NCBI RefSeq assembly: GCF_009914755.1
Contig: NC_060944.1
DNA: 64,000 nt
Source of the DNA: the human T2T-CHM13v2.0 reference genome, Homo sapiens
Direction: 5' to 3' (one strand)
Part shown: positions 30,601 through 46,300 of the stretch, piece by piece
Position numbering within the stretch: the first letter of the stretch is position 1
Layout: each line of letters begins with the position of its first letter
The notes under the pieces: generated by a model
Told to the model about the DNA's origin: nothing
Databases searched by the model: none
The model's input: the letters and a program-made list of their open reading frames with translations, nothing else
Translations under genes and position numbers: made by a program

Positions 30601-30960
30601 GCAACCAGGGATCAGTGGGGATCTTCTGTTGAATACTCAATTTATTATTCATTTGGGAAAGAATAAAAACGGATTTCTAAATGGTATCATACACAAAGTC
30701 AATGTTCATAGTACTGAGGTTTTTAAAAATCACGTTATAAAACAACATTCATCATATGATTTCGTTTTTGTAGAAAGAAATAAGAGTATATGTGATTATA
30801 TATTTTGAGAAAAGACCTAGAAGATATCAAAAGTCGAAGTGACAAAGGGTCTCTGGGTGGTCGGATTGTTGAAGATTCATTTCTCTTTACACCTTTTTTT
30901 GTCTAGATTTTTAAAAATACATTGAGTCTATGTTACTTTTAATTAGGAAAAAAATTTTTT
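27630..30960 (+). mobile_element. Old L1M ORF2/3' fragment (about 27630-28620 and 30118-30960), interrupted by a younger L1
   Basis: A-rich, highly diverged L1 ORF2-like sequence that resumes after position 30117. Confidence 0.65.
28620..30117 (+). mobile_element. L1MA/L1MB-type LINE-1 3' end in sense orientation
   Basis: End of ORF2 (agaccaacagaacaaaatagagagcccagaaataaac, gaactaccatatgatccagcag), then 3' UTR ending in ...ccaataaaggtggggaaaaaa. Confidence 0.88.
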
Positions 30961-31332
30961 TTACTTTGAATTTTTTTTAACTATTCTTTTAGATTAAATT
31001 TAGCATTATTTTTCGCAGCTTCCAAACTGCCTCCTCCCCTTACACACATAAAAAATAACAGTTTCATTGTGATATTTGACTGGAATTGTCTGGTACACAA
31101 TAGGCACTCGGTACATATTTGTTAAACAAATAAATATGGGAACAATTCACATCTTTATGATGGTTAGCCCTTCCAGTTGAGAACATGGTATATTAATCTT
31201 TTTAAGACCTTTTCCTAATTAATTATGAAAACTTTGTAATTTTTTAATGCAGATCCCACACATTTATACAATTAATGATTTCTAAAATTATATCATCTTT
31301 TCATTTTCCCCCATATTGAGTCAAACCCTTGA

Positions 31333-31778
<446 letters not shown>

Positions 31779-31899
31779 TAAATGACTAAATTGAAACTGA
31801 ATACCTATCTTCAAGCATTTGGTAGTGGCCAGCTTTCCTTTAGCTCTGCCGAAGACACACAAAAAAGAAATTCAACTGAAGTGTGAAGAATTTAAGTTA

Positions 31900-32191
31900 G
31901 AGATTGCAAACTGACAATATAAAGCTACGTTGGCTCTCAGAGACATATTATTTGGACCACACAATATATTTTAAAAGTTTGAATTGTTTGCAAAGTTAAA
32001 ATTTGAAGAGATTTCACATAAAAACTTGGATTTCCAGCTTTTCTGGTACCCCTGTGCCCTAGTTTCCGATGAGTTTGAAAATCACTGCTGTCCCCTTTAA
32101 ACAAGCCCTGAGCTCTCTCCAGTTTTCCAGTCAGAACCCAACCCTTTTCCTGTTACCTGTCTTACCCCTCAGGCATTAAGTTTGCAATCTC
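31900..32191. mobile_element. MER102-like hAT-Charlie MITE
   Basis: Perfect 13-bp terminal inverted repeats gagattgcaaact (31900-31912) and agtttgcaatctc (32179-32191), plus internal gagatttcacataaaaacttggatttccagctt. Confidence 0.8.
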
Positions 32192-33607
32192 AGTTCATAT
32201 AAAGGACAGATAAAGTGGCACATAGGTAGGTATAGCATCTTCTCACTCAGCATTTTGGTGTTGTTTTTAAAAGATGGTTTTAATGTGGTCCTGGCTGACA
32301 AACAGGAAATGAACTAGGAGACTTCCAAGGTTGTTTCTTGTCCTTTGGGTCCATGGTCCTGTTAGAATAGTCCAGTGGTTCATGAACTCTCTTTCTCATT
32401 GCACATGATCTAGAATCTCAGAGTTGAAATGGATTCCCTGCAAGACAGGGAGGCCACAGAGGATATGCTTCATCTGGTGTTCCTCTGTATGCACAGGAAA
32501 TTTGAAATCCATTGCAGAGGGGCCTGCTTGAACAGCTAATAGTTCAAACAAGCAGCTACCTCATTTAGAAGGCTTATTAAACATCTCTGTTTCTTTTGTG
32601 TATAGTTATTTAAAGATGAGTGAAGGGTTTTAAAGAGAACTTTGAGTTTTATAAGTACACAGTATTATATTATTCTTATCATTATGCATGGCCTGGCAGA
32701 GTTATGATTGTGGGAACCATAGTTTTGAATATCATTTCATCTATGCTTGCGTGTTATCCAAACACAGTTTTCATATTTAATGTTAAGGGCCTTTTTTTAA
32801 ATAAACAAAAAAGTGGGAAAGCAACATGGGGAAGAAATCTGAAGTGATCATTTCTCAATTTGTTTTATTCTAATTTTTGTCTGCTCTGAAAAGCCTTCTT
32901 ATTCCATGTGAACAATCTCTGATGGGTCCCACAGAAAATGAAATTTGTGGCACATGTGCCCTCTGGCATTACCTACAAAGTCAAAAGGGTGACAGGCAGA
33001 AAATGGGTGTTTTTTTCTAAATAAATTTGGCTCCGAAGAATTATTTTATAAATAATGATTTTATTCATGAAACATTTCATGCTCCATTTGTTTTGGCATC
33101 AAATAGACATAGCTTTATTGTGACTCAGAGTCTAGTACTGTCCTTATTTAGGGACATGAAATGTTATCTCAAGGGAACCTTTTTGGAATCTCTAAATGTC
33201 TTGGGTAATAAGTGAAATTTTTAGCCTAGGATCAAATATTCCACTTACCCACCAAATTTGTTTCCCAGTTGTGGTCTTAGACTAGGATCCCGTATGTATA
33301 TTCCTAAACTTGGGACAGGACTCTTGGTTTTCAGTTCCCACAGAACAACCCCTTTCTCCAACCCCCCCCCATCACCAGCAATAGAGGAGGTCACACTTGG
33401 ACCCATAACATGTTTCCAAAGGCCCCATCAAGGCTTTTTCATAGGCCCCATCTCATACTTAGTCTCTTTTCATGTTTGAAGTGACAGCATCAAACTCATG
33501 ATTTCCCTACCCTTTCTACCCTAGGCCTTTTGATAAGGACAAGGTGCAACTTTCTGAGTGACACAGTTTGGGATGTAATGAGTTACAACTTCATTTTTCC
33601 TTAATGA

Positions 33608-33945
<338 letters not shown>

Positions 33946-34466
33946 TCTTCATCTTTTAAGTATATTATATGTTCCTAGTCTAGTCTAATACCCAAGATAC
34001 TGTCAGTACTCAGTTGGTATCAGCCTCTTTCTTCCTGTTCTCTTATTAAATCACAACCAAGCTTGAGAACTGACTCATGACTTCAGACTGGAAACAGTCA
34101 CATGTCTGAACTGGCGTGCAATGCAGAGCTGCTTCCGGGTTAGCACATAGTAATCTGATTATGACAAAGTGCCCTTTCTTAAAGCAAATATCAGACCACT
34201 ATCCAACCTACCTAAGTAAGCTTATCTTCACCAAAATTTTAACTATCTACAAATCCATAATTTTATTTCTTTGAAATTATCATTAGGACCAAATTTTCAG
34301 GTCATCTGTATGCCAGTCTTTGAATTGTCATTATAGCTTTAGTTTGAACCTGTAATTTCCTACAGCAGTTAAAGGAGAAGTCAAAATTAATAAATGGCTG
34401 GCATTTTAAAAGAGCATACAGGTTGAAATTTTGTGTTTAGGCAACTGAGGTTAAAAAAAAAAGCTT

Positions 34467-34758
<292 letters not shown>

Positions 34759-34759
34759 T

Positions 34760-35225
34760 CAAATGTAGAATGGGGTTGTTCTATAACACAACTAGCCTGA
34801 TCTCTTTAAAAGTTCAGAGTTCTTTTTTTAAAAGGTAAAGGGAGATTATTTTAGATTAAAAGAGATATAAGCAAATACATCTCTTAAAATCCATGATCTT
34901 TGGTTGGATCCGATTCAAAGGAAAATCAGATCAGTGATACACATTTTGGGACAATGGAGAAATTTGAATATAGGCTGATTATTTGATCGGTAATGTCATA
35001 CTCAGTTGTAATAATAGTGTCGTGGTGATGAAGGAGAATTTCCTTATTGCTCAAGAGCTGTGCTCACATGTTTAGGAGTAAGGTTTCATGATGTCCACTT
35101 CGAAGCAGTTTAGAAAATATGTGTATGAAATACGGCAAAATATTAACTGTTATTGAATCTAGATGGTGGGTTTTGGGATGTTCATGACATTATTTTTCTA
35201 CTTTTCTGAATGTTTGAAATGTTTC
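34760..35225 (+). mobile_element. Old L1ME/MC 3' UTR fragment
   Basis: ggcaaaatattaactgttattgaatctagatggtggg...ctacttttctgaatgtttgaaatgtttca. Confidence 0.6.
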
Positions 35226-37247
35226 AGACTGTGTGAGTGATGATAATAATGGAGTCATCTCAGGGAGAGAAGTACTGAGGGGCATCGTAGGTCTTCCTGA
35301 GCCTGCCTTGTAGTTTGGGAGAAGGCTTTGCTGGAAGAGAGCCACACAGGTGGTGGGTGGGGTCCACAATGAAGTGGAATTCACCTGCCCGGAGGTCCTG
35401 ATGGCTCACCAAGCCACACAGAGGCATTTTCCCAGGCTCGTCCATGAATGGTCTCGTAATAGCTGTGGGAGAGGACTTCCCACTGTTACGCACCAGACCA
35501 CAGACTCCCGTTGGCAGCTGTGGGGAAGCTCAAGTCGCCTTAGCTATGAATCCCCTGGAAAACAAGTGAGGCTGGATAGTTTTACAGTAAAATCTCTCAT
35601 TGAATATTTGCTCTCAGTGTCTTGGGACTGTGAACTGTGACAACCCAAATAAATGACCACTCCCTTAAAACCATTACTCATTGGAACATGGTACTACTTG
35701 AAACTAATCTACTGCCTTGCTAAGCCAGGATGGAATTTGTTCAATTCATATTTGAGTTTTTTTGTCGTAATTTTTGCCTTTCTGTTTATGAAGACTGCAA
35801 ATTTCTAGTAGAGCCATTTTGGAGCAGCTTATTTTAGACAGAATATGAAATAAAATAGTAGGAGGACTGTGGTTTGTCCTTTCTTTCTCTCATATGCATT
35901 ACTGACCACCTCTCCATTTTTTTTAAAGAGACTCAATAGTTTTTGATGAACAACTTAGGTAAGCCAGAAGAAAGTTAGTGTGGTAACAAGTAATCATTTG
36001 AGGCTTCATGCTTTGGAGGTTGTTTGTAGAAGGATAAGGAGAAGTGCAACAGCTTTTTACGACATACAGAGAGCAAATGGTGGCACAAGAACTGGAGATT
36101 TTTTGGGCTGCTTGGAGGCCAGGGGAGAAGATGGGATCTTGCTGATACTAGATGATTGTGTTACATTAAGCAATTCAAAAATATCAATTGTTTCTGGAAA
36201 TGCACATACCTGCAGACGCCTGGTGGTAAGATGTTTCTATTGCAAAGCTTTTTCTCCCTCTAATCCAAATCCCTTCTTGTGTCTAAAGACAGTCTTCTCA
36301 GATTTAGGAGCACCACAGTCGCCAGCAAGGAAACAGGCATACTGAAATGTGATTTGCAAGTGCCTCATAATATTAATACCATCATCCAGTAGTTTTCAGA
36401 TGAAAAGATGATCACTTTATGATTTCCATTTGCTCTGCTGACTCAGGTTTTCTGCATTTAAAACACCAGCATAGCGAGCTGGGAGCTGGTGCCCCAAGTA
36501 GGAAAAGCAAAAGGACTTTTGGATCCTTTGCCAAATTGCTGTTTAGCTTTAGAGAGTAGTGGAGCTTTGCTTTAGCCCTGGGTAAGTACAAAATCTCAGT
36601 GGCCTCCTGAACTCTGTGAAGTTGATTTCATTAAAAGCAAAGATAAGAATGTAGTCTTTATCATTGCCTTTTGTCTATGAATAAATGAAATACATCTTTC
36701 TAAGCATTTCAGTGCAGTATGTTTCAAGCAGCAATAATTTTCTCTGTTTATAGATCAAATTTAGTTTGCCATAAGAACTGGCATAGTACCTTTTGTGTTT
36801 AATCTCTCCTCAAGTTTCTCTTTAAACAAAGTTTCATATGACCAGTCGAATTTGGATTAAGCAGGTGCAAATCTTTTTTACATGTTAAACTTGCTATTTC
36901 TCTTGTAGGTGCCATTTGGGCAGGTTTTCCATTGAAACCACTAATAACAAGATGCTATTTAGAAATGATTCCTTTTAACTTAATTCTGTCCTGGGGTGGG
37001 AGGTGTAGGGGTCAAGGTTTCAATAAACTCATTTCTCCTACTAATTTCAGTAACAAATCACTTGAAATCTGCCTTATACTGCTTTCTTTTTCTATAGGGG
37101 AAGGTGTCATATTGAGACTTGATTGTTCAGCAGTCCAGATAGGATTTAGCTGTCACTCAAGTAGTATCTTCAGATACCAGGCTTCCTGGACTCAAAACTG
37201 TAGCTTTCATGGTCAACTTCAGATTTTGCCCCTTCCTGATAATAACG

Positions 37248-37541
37248 TTTTTTTTTAAGATGGGGTCTTGCTTTGTCGCCCAGCCTGGAGTACAGTGGTG
37301 ATCATAGCTCACTGCAGCCTTGAAGCCCTGAGCTCAAGCAATCCTCCTGCCTCAGCCACCTGAGCAGCTGGGACTACAGGCGTGTACCACCATGCCCAGC
37401 TAATGTTTTTTTGTATTTTTTTTAAGGAGACGGGGTCTCAGTATGTTTCCCAGGCTGGTCTCGAGCTCCTGGCCTCAAGCAATCCTCCCACTTTGGCCCC
37501 TCAAAGTACTGAGGTTACAGGCATGAGCACCACACTGGGCC
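37248..37541 (-). mobile_element. AluJ
   Basis: Alu consensus with TSD tgataataac. Confidence 0.94.
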
Positions 37542-38539
37542 TGATAATAACATTTTATTGCTAAAGATTTTGCATAGGAAGAAGATTTTTGAAATTTCGA
37601 ACATGCCTCCTGAATCTTAATCACTTAGAGCTATATATCAGCAAAGGTAGAATAACAGATATTATACTTTTTTTTTCTCAGTTCTTTGGAAGACTTGCAT
37701 TATAAATTAATACTTGAAAAATACTTTTAAATTTTGCTGTATGTGTTTGTGAGTCACCAATTGTTAAGGATTCCACTTCTTCCCTCAGCAGTTGGACAAA
37801 TAAACAGATGTAGAAATGACTTCCATTCTCTCAGTGACCTAAGAAATAACGTATTTGTTTTAAAGCACTCAGAGTAATGTCAGTGGTGTGTATATTTTGT
37901 TTGACATTTTAAGCAGAAGAAAGCCACATGACTGAAATGCAATCTATTTTCAAGTGTGTTAGGAAAAAATTATTTTATCTCAGCAAATCCGGAGATTATC
38001 CTTTCATAGATGTCACTGTTCTTGCACAATCTGCATGACTAAAGCAATTGTTCTGTCAGAGCCATCGCTTGTTTAGACAGCATCAAGTCTGTGGTCACTC
38101 ATGTCCTGGGTCTTTCTACAGGAGTGTCGGAAGGATACTGAATATGAAAGTGGAAACTTCTTTAATTGTATTCTTTATATAAGTTATTTCAGACCAACCA
38201 TAGTCATGGACTTTGGAGAATCTGATGGTCCTAGAGATTACTTCCTGCAACTCTTGGCCACTCCAGTTTGACAGAGGGGGACCCTCACCCCACTCTGGTG
38301 GAGCTTTTGCTTCTGATTCTTCTACCAAATAACTTGACTGCTGACTGCGATAACCAGGAACGGTTTTACTATGATTTCAGGAAAATCATCAACAAAGTAG
38401 TTTATACCTGGAGGGAAGCCAGAAGAGAAGAGAAAGGGAGAGAGGAAGGAATTAAGCTGGCACTTTCTGTGAATCATCTGAAAATCTGTTGCCACCCTAT
38501 GAGACGAATGATAGTGTCTCCATTTTCACAGATGGCATT

Positions 38540-38900
38540 TACTCTTCTGGATCAGGCTTCTTTCATGTAACATTATGTTTGTGAGATGTATTTCTGTTAC
38601 TACCTATAACTGTAGCTCATTCATTTTTAGAGGCACTATAGTATTTCAGTGTGTGACTATATCCCCATTAAAAAATTTACTGTTGATGGATATTTGCATT
38701 GGTTCCAGGTTGAGACTATTGTGAAGAGTGCTATTGTGAACACTGTATGTTCATGCCTAAGTTCAGCTTTAGATACTCAAGCATTTTTTTCAAAGTGGCT
38801 GTACCAATTTGTACTCCTGCCAGCAGCGTATGAGAATTCCAGTTGTCCTGCATTCTTGCCAACACTTTATGCTCTGTCTCTTTCACTTAGGCCACTCTGG
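38540..38900 (-). mobile_element. Old L1M fragment
   Basis: tactgttgatggatatttgcattggttccagg...caaagtggctgtaccaatttgtactcctgccagcag. Confidence 0.65.
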
Positions 38901-39294
38901 TGAGTTGGAGAAATTATTTTTTTACTCATGTCATATTTCTTTTAATCTCATTCTATATGAAGATTTTGACATACTTGAATTAATTTATTTACAGGCAAAA
39001 TACATCCATGTTCAAATAGGTATGAACTGCTTCTTTTTATGAGCTAATAAGCAGTGAGTATGAGAAGGTGGCTAAGATCTATTCGCAAGCTCCGACTGAA
39101 TTATCCCATCTGAAAGTACGTTAGACCTCATTTATTTCGTTTTACAGTTGAAGTAACTGAGGGACTTCAGGGACTAGGGACTATGCCAGCGTCATAGTCA
39201 GGCCTCCTGGAAGAGGCAAGATAGTAATGTTCACCCTTGCCTCTCAAGAGAAGCCCTCTGTTAATTCCTTTATTCTTTCATTTACTAATTATTA

Positions 39295-39577
39295 TTATTT
39301 TAGATAGAGTCTCGCTCTGTCACTCAGGCTGGCGTGCAGTGATCTTAGCTCACTACAACCTCCACTTCCCAGGTTCAAGTGATTCTTCTGCCTCAGCCTC
39401 CTGAGTAGCTGGGATTACAGGTGCCCGCCACCTCACCCGGCTAGTTTTTGTATTTTTAATAGAGACAGGGTTTCACCATGTTGGCCAGGCTGGTCTCGAA
39501 CTCCTGACCTCAAGTGATCCGCCTGCCTCGGCCTCCCGAATTGTTGGGATTACAGGCGTGAGTCATCACACTCAGCT
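39295..39577 (-). mobile_element. AluS inserted in an L2 tail, about 110 bp upstream of a SLX4IP exon
   Basis: Alu consensus; imperfect TSD ttcatttactaa/ttcatttgctaa. Confidence 0.93.
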
Positions 39578-39660
39578 TCATTTGCTAAATAACTATTGAA
39601 TGTGTCTTTTATGGCAGGCACTGGGCTGAACTCCAGAGATTTAGCGGCAAACAAACTTAA

Positions 39661-39822
<162 letters not shown>

Positions 39823-40450
39823 TAGAGAAGGGATGAAAATTAAGGAGTGGAGAGTCCCACTTGCTTCATTGCCTTCATGTCTTGAGTGTGTCCGAAAGTT
39901 TGCGATTTCTTTCCTCCCACCTTGTACTGTGTTTACTGCCTCTCTAAGAACAGTGAGCTGGGCCACATCATGCTTTCCTTTCCTGATGCATCTCAGCACT
40001 TTCTTTGAGTTTTCAGAGTGACTCAACACAGTTGAACTATGAATCACTTCAGTATTGTCTGTGCACACCAAAGCCCTGGCATATGGAGCAGGTGTGTACA
40101 CAAGAAAGCTCTTTCCCAGCCCTGAGCTCTCAGAGCTTTCCCTAGGTGTGTGATGAGGCCACTTTCCCCCATCACTTCCCCAAGTCTAGATGTCCACTAA
40201 GGATATGATTTCAAACTTGTCCAGCCAGCAACAGTAAAGTCAGAAGCTAATGATCATTCTCCAGGTTGATCTGAGCACTGGAAAGAAAATTTAGTTCACC
40301 TTCCATGGACAATTTCAGTATATATATAAGATATGATATAGGAACTTTAAAAAATTAACATGTAGAGGCTTGCTGTGGAATCTTCATGATTATCTGCATT
40401 TTCTTAACTGTAAACTCTGCTCGAATATGTTATTCTCTTTTTTGCTGTTA

Positions 40451-40710
40451 TTTGTTTGTTTTTGAGACAAGTTCTCACTCTGTCACTCAGGCTGGAGTAC
40501 AGTGGTGCAATCATGGCTCACTGCAGCCTCCTAAGTAGCTGGGACCACAGGTGTGTGCCACCATGCCTGGCTTTTTTTTTTTTTGTAATTTTTGGTAGAG
40601 AAGGGGTCTCACTATGTTGCAGCTGGTCTCAAACTCCTGGGGTCAAGCTGTACTCCCGCCTTGGCCTCCTAAGGTGCTGGGATTACAGGCATGAGCCAGC
40701 ATGCCCAGCC
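40451..40710 (-). mobile_element. AluJ with an internal deletion
   Basis: cactgcagcctc is joined directly to ctaagtagctggg. Confidence 0.9.
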
Positions 40711-42719
40711 TTAGATATACTGCTTTCTTAACAGGTCCTTCCACTTTGTTCAACTCTCTAGTAAAATAAGTCAGCTAACCTTGCACTTGTGCCCTTTATG
40801 GTAAGGACTATCATTGCCTAAATATTTAATTAAATATTAAAATAGTACAACTCTCAATAATGACCTAAACAGAGCAAAAGGGTACAGAAGTTGCTTTCTG
40901 TTAATACCTGGCAGCACCAAAATGTTTAAAATCTGCCATTCGAACATTGTTACTTTTCAGAGGAACAAATGCAAATACCGAGGAATTATTTGATAGAACT
41001 GATAATTTTGAATTCCAGTTCTGATCCACTAATGAACTGTTGTATTTCAATTTTATGATTTTTTTGGGGGGGGGAGGTGGAAAAATAATGAATTCTGTGG
41101 CTCAGTTTCCCTCCCATAAAATGATAAAAAGGCTATATACCATTTATCGCAATAAGATCTTTTAAGAACTAATGAATAAATATTAATTGCTTTGCTAATT
41201 TTGTTCTTCTGGCTTTTCAAAATCCACCTCTAGTCACCTAGCCAGATATCATATGCCCACATGGGGTCAAAGTTGAAAAAAACCCAGGCCCCCACCTGAA
41301 ATGGGGGCTTTCCTCATGAGGAAGGCTAATTGGGAGTGAGACCAGAACAACAGGTTAATCCCTAATCATGGAGGGCTTTGAATATTGGGCACTGGGGAGC
41401 CATGGTAGGTTTTTGAGCAGGATGAGTGGAGCTCTTTTTTTAGAACTGTTAACCTGCTGTTCTGAATAGGATAACTTGGAATAGGGAGAGTGACTGCCAA
41501 GGAGACAGCAGTGGTTGATGGGATAAGGAGAGAGCTGTTACTGGAACAACAACTCATTGGGCCTCTTGGGATCATTTAAGCTAGTCTAGTAGTGTAAGGT
41601 GTTAACTTGTTTAAATTCTGTGTCCATGTAATTGACACCTTCTTGCTTGGCTTCCAAGCGGTGCATCAAATTGAGATACCTTATTACCTCAGTCATTGCC
41701 ATCATGTGCAGTGTACCTAAAAGGCTTTACTCACCTGATTCATAATATCCATCTTTAAAAAGAAATTGGTCTCATGTAAGAGGGAAGCTTTCTCTGTTAG
41801 AAAAATGACTTAATTTCTATCACAAATATCAGACATGTATATCATAAAAATATTCAAGCAGTACAACCAAGTAGGAAAAAGGGAGAAGAGCCCCCTCCCC
41901 ACCCGCCTGGAACATACCCTGTTGGCATCAGCTTAGCATCACTCCAGACATCATGCCTGGGTAGCTGGAGGCTGGCGAACAAATGGATGGATGGACAGAC
42001 AGATGAGAAAAGGAAAGATCCAGATGTCATTACCATCTTGCCTTCCTTTCATTGAATGCCGAGGAGTCCAGTTCAGTGATTTATTCAGTCTTTCCCAATG
42101 AGAAGTCAATGGTTTTGTTTTAAGAAGCAGCAATAATAGATTACTATGAGTATGGTGTAATTTTACCATCTTTATTGTATATTTAACCATTTTCTTAATA
42201 GTTGGATCATTAATTCCTAAGAAAAGCTGCTGTTTTCCCAGCCTGCTTCAGATTAGTAGTTTGCCCTCCAGGGTCGGGGAGCTCTCTAAGACTAGCTAAC
42301 CAAGGAGATGATAAGTAAAGTAACTAGGAAAAACATTGATAGGTCACATTTTTAGATTTTATCTAATATTCTTCCTCTTCCTCTAAAGTGTTACATGCTC
42401 ATTTTGAAAACATTGATCCTATTTTCTAAATAGGAGTTCTAATCAGAAAACAGCTGACTGACACAGAGGGGAGGCTACAGAGGTTCTGCCTGGGGGTTTC
42501 CTGCAATGTAATGGTCCCGGGGCGCAGGTGGACCAATTTGCAGCCTCATCAGCTCTCCCTAGAGCTTTGCGCTCACCCTGCCCTATTGACGGCAAACACC
42601 GAAAGGATGGGAGGAGAGAAGAGACGTATGTTTTATATGGATGTGCATATTGCAGTAACTTAAAATGAACAAAAATCTGGAACAACCATTCTGTGTTTAT
42701 AGTTTTTTGACACCTTTAA

Positions 42720-42878
<159 letters not shown>

Positions 42879-43298
42879 TGAGTTACTGTAAAAAATAGAA
42901 AACAAGAATTGTCTGCTGTTGTCATTCAGCTGATGAGCACCCAACGCATGTTTTAAGGGAACAAGAAGCCCTACCTGTTTTACGTGGTAATATCAACTAA
43001 TTCGTGTATTGTTCTTCTTTTCCTCAAGACCATTTTAATCAGCAGTACCTTTTCCATATCAACTGTAAATGAGAAAGCAACACATCACAAAAGCTGTGAT
43101 GGTGCTTATGATAATGTTTAAATGAAATAAAGAAAAGTCTTTAAGTGAAATGAAGCAAAATCCACATGTTTCCACTGGAGGCTTTCATTGGGGTCAGTGG
43201 CTTTTAAATTTTATTCCATGGTGAATCACCGACATTTTCATGAGAACCAGTACTTTTCCCCAGTGTATTATTTCATAGCTGATAGGGTTCATTTTCTC

Positions 43299-43362
43299 CC
43301 TCTCTCTCTCTCTCTCTCTCTGTCTCTCTGTCTCTCTGTCTCTCTGTCTCCTTCTCTGTCTC
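43299..43362. repeat. (CT)n/(TCTCTG)n microsatellite
   Basis: Seen directly in the sequence. Confidence 0.95.
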
Positions 43363-46300
43363 CCTTTTCTCATGCTAAGTCTTGAGTTCCAGCAGGGCCT
43401 GCTTCTGTTTTATTGGAGTTGTCTCTTCAGACAAATAGATAAAACTGACTCAGAATTGCAGCTGACTGCTTTGTCTTTTAAGCTGAACATGTACACTTGA
43501 GAATCTCCTTGTTGCACGTGTGTGTGTTTCCTGCAGCCACAGTCCAGTCTGCCTGACTTCTACACAGACTTTTTTTCATATTTTTGGACGTATGACTTGA
43601 ATCTTTAAGAAACAGGGACATATGACTTGAATCTTTAACAAACAGAAAAAAAATCCAACAGACATTAACCGGGCCATGAAGTGTGACATGATTATTATGC
43701 TTCTAAAATAATTTATGGGAATATTAGATTACCCTTGATGTTTATTATTTTTTAATCCGTATGAAATCTGAAATTTGGCCCACATCATCTAAAACCAGCT
43801 TCTTATCTCATCTTAAATAAATACATAAGAAGAGTGTTTCAGAGGCTACAAGGGTGAATAGAGACCCAGGAAAAGTAAAGAGCAGAGAACTTATATTTAA
43901 ATTTAGATGTCTGCGTTTGGTGCAGAGGAACCCTTTGCAACAGCCAGTGTGGTTCATATTTCCTCTTCTTCATCCATCAGTCAAACTCTTAAGAATACAC
44001 ATTAAATGAATGAGGCAAATTTGGTGAAAAGTATTAAGTTTGTCCTTTGAAATATTTCCAGGATGTTGAGTTATCTTCGTAAACTAATAAATACTAAAGT
44101 GGCAATGCCATTGGCATACATCTAAAATATAATATAGCTTAACTGATTCAGAGCAAGGAAGAAATTGATCTATGGGTTTAAGAAAACAACAATTAACTGT
44201 TCCAGAAAGTATTATTACTTTCAAATGAAATACAGGAGAAATTAGATCTTCTATCTGATATGTAATATTAATACTTAGTATCTTAAATTATTAAGGAGGG
44301 ATTAAAACATCTCAATACAAATGAAATATTATCCCCCTTAGGGGCCTTGGTATTTATACAGATGTAAGTTTTCTATACCGGCTGTCATATAAATCCTATA
44401 ATCTGGAGGACTTCCTAAACATTGAGAATTTTCATTCTGAAACTCTCACCGGTCTAAGCCTTTTACATGAGTGAGTTCAGTTTCTTTATCTTTAAGATGT
44501 TCTGATAACCAGTGATAACATGACCAGAGTTAACCACATTAACTTATGAGGAAAATGCCATTTCCATCATGAGGCTCGTTCCTTGTTTTGAGTGATTGTC
44601 TTTAGTTGTGGTCAGTTTCTGTCTCTTCAGTTGCTCATTTACTCCACCTCTGTCTCTTCACATATACATTTTCCCAGCCACATATGTCAGCTAAAGCCTG
44701 GCACTACTCAACAGTTTCATCTCGGGGCTCAAGCTCTGTGCGTCCCTCTGCCTAGCCTGCTCACCTCTGCCACCTCCCCTCCTCACAGGCCTCCAGCCCA
44801 CTACTTCCTCAGGCCTGTTGTTACTAGAAGCAATAAAAGACCCAGGTCAAGTAAAGGTCCCTCTCCCACAAATGGCCCATCAAGCCAACTACACCATCCT
44901 TCCACCAGAAGTGTCTTGTAGTTTAATTCTCATTGATATTTGACCTCTACAGAGTCTGCCTGTCTCAGCTATTTAAGGATCAATAAACAGCCCTTCCCTT
45001 CCAGAACTGCCTTCTGCCTGAGAGAAGGCATTCTTATCACTTGTTCCATACTTCAAATGCCCACAGCCAGTGATGTCAGGCTCCTGTGAGTATTCCCTGG
45101 ACTTCCTTCAAGCTTTGAATTCTTATATCACTTTACATGGATATTCACCAAAGGGCAGGATCCATCTCATTTTCTCTGGATAGCAATTCTCAAGAACATC
45201 TGACTGGGCAAGGCTGGGAAAATTGGTACCCGCAGTAGCTATGTTGGAAAGATTTCTTTGGCAATAAACTTCAGTTGTTTTTGTATAACTATTGACTTAA
45301 CTCACTCTTCTGCAGCCACAGAAGTGACAGAGGAGTGAACTAGTACTTGAGCAACAGCCTGGGTGCCTTACTCGTGCTGTAGCCTTGAGAGCACACATTC
45401 CCTTTCCTTCATCTTTTTTTTTGGATTCTCAATGTCTAAGTGACAATTTGTTAGGAAATCTGGGAGCGTCTATTCAAAACTCCTCTGTCAAGGGATTCTT
45501 TCAACCTGTAGACAAGGAAGCCAGCTGCACTTAGCTCCCCAGTACTTAAAGGTGGTTGCACAAAAGAACTGCTGTTCCAGATCAGGCAGTACAAAGGGAG
45601 TAATCCCCCTCCTTTACGGAGCAGAGCGAATGCAGCCACGCTGCCCCTAAGCACCACAGCGCCAGGGAGGTCTGTCCCTGCTGTCACTGTTGCGTTTCTC
45701 TTGTCCACTCAGGGACTTTGGTGCAGGGAGATCCTCTGTGTTGCAATAGCTCTGCACAGAGTGCCCATGTGCTAGGGATGTGGGAATTGTGATGTGTACT
45801 TTGGGAAGAAAGGACATTATTATGAAATGAGTCATTGTATTTTTCTTACTAGAGTTTCTCATAAGAAATCTAAAAACTCTTGTAGCCTCAGTTTTTGACC
45901 TATTGCTAGATATAGGACTGGGGAGTCTTTTGAGAGTTTTTACCTTTATTTGGTTTGTTTTTTCCTCACCGTTTTTTTCCTTGGAAATATGAAGAACATA
46001 AAGTGAATTTTGATTGCGCTCAGCTACATTCCATTCCAACAATATTTTCTTATTTACAAACCCAAAAGCCTATGTAGAAACTGTTTTCTTTCTCAGATGT
46101 AAAGTCCTGGAGCCTTTGGGAAATTTAAAATTATTTATTATTTCTTTGTTAAAGTTGTGTAAATAACCATAGAACTCTGTATATATCTGGGACATTTCTG
46201 GGTCAGGACAAAGCTACTATTTCATTGTGTGTTAGTTACAGCCACTCCTTCTAGTCTCTGGAGATCAGCCTTCCCATCTGTTTTTACCATCACATTTTAA

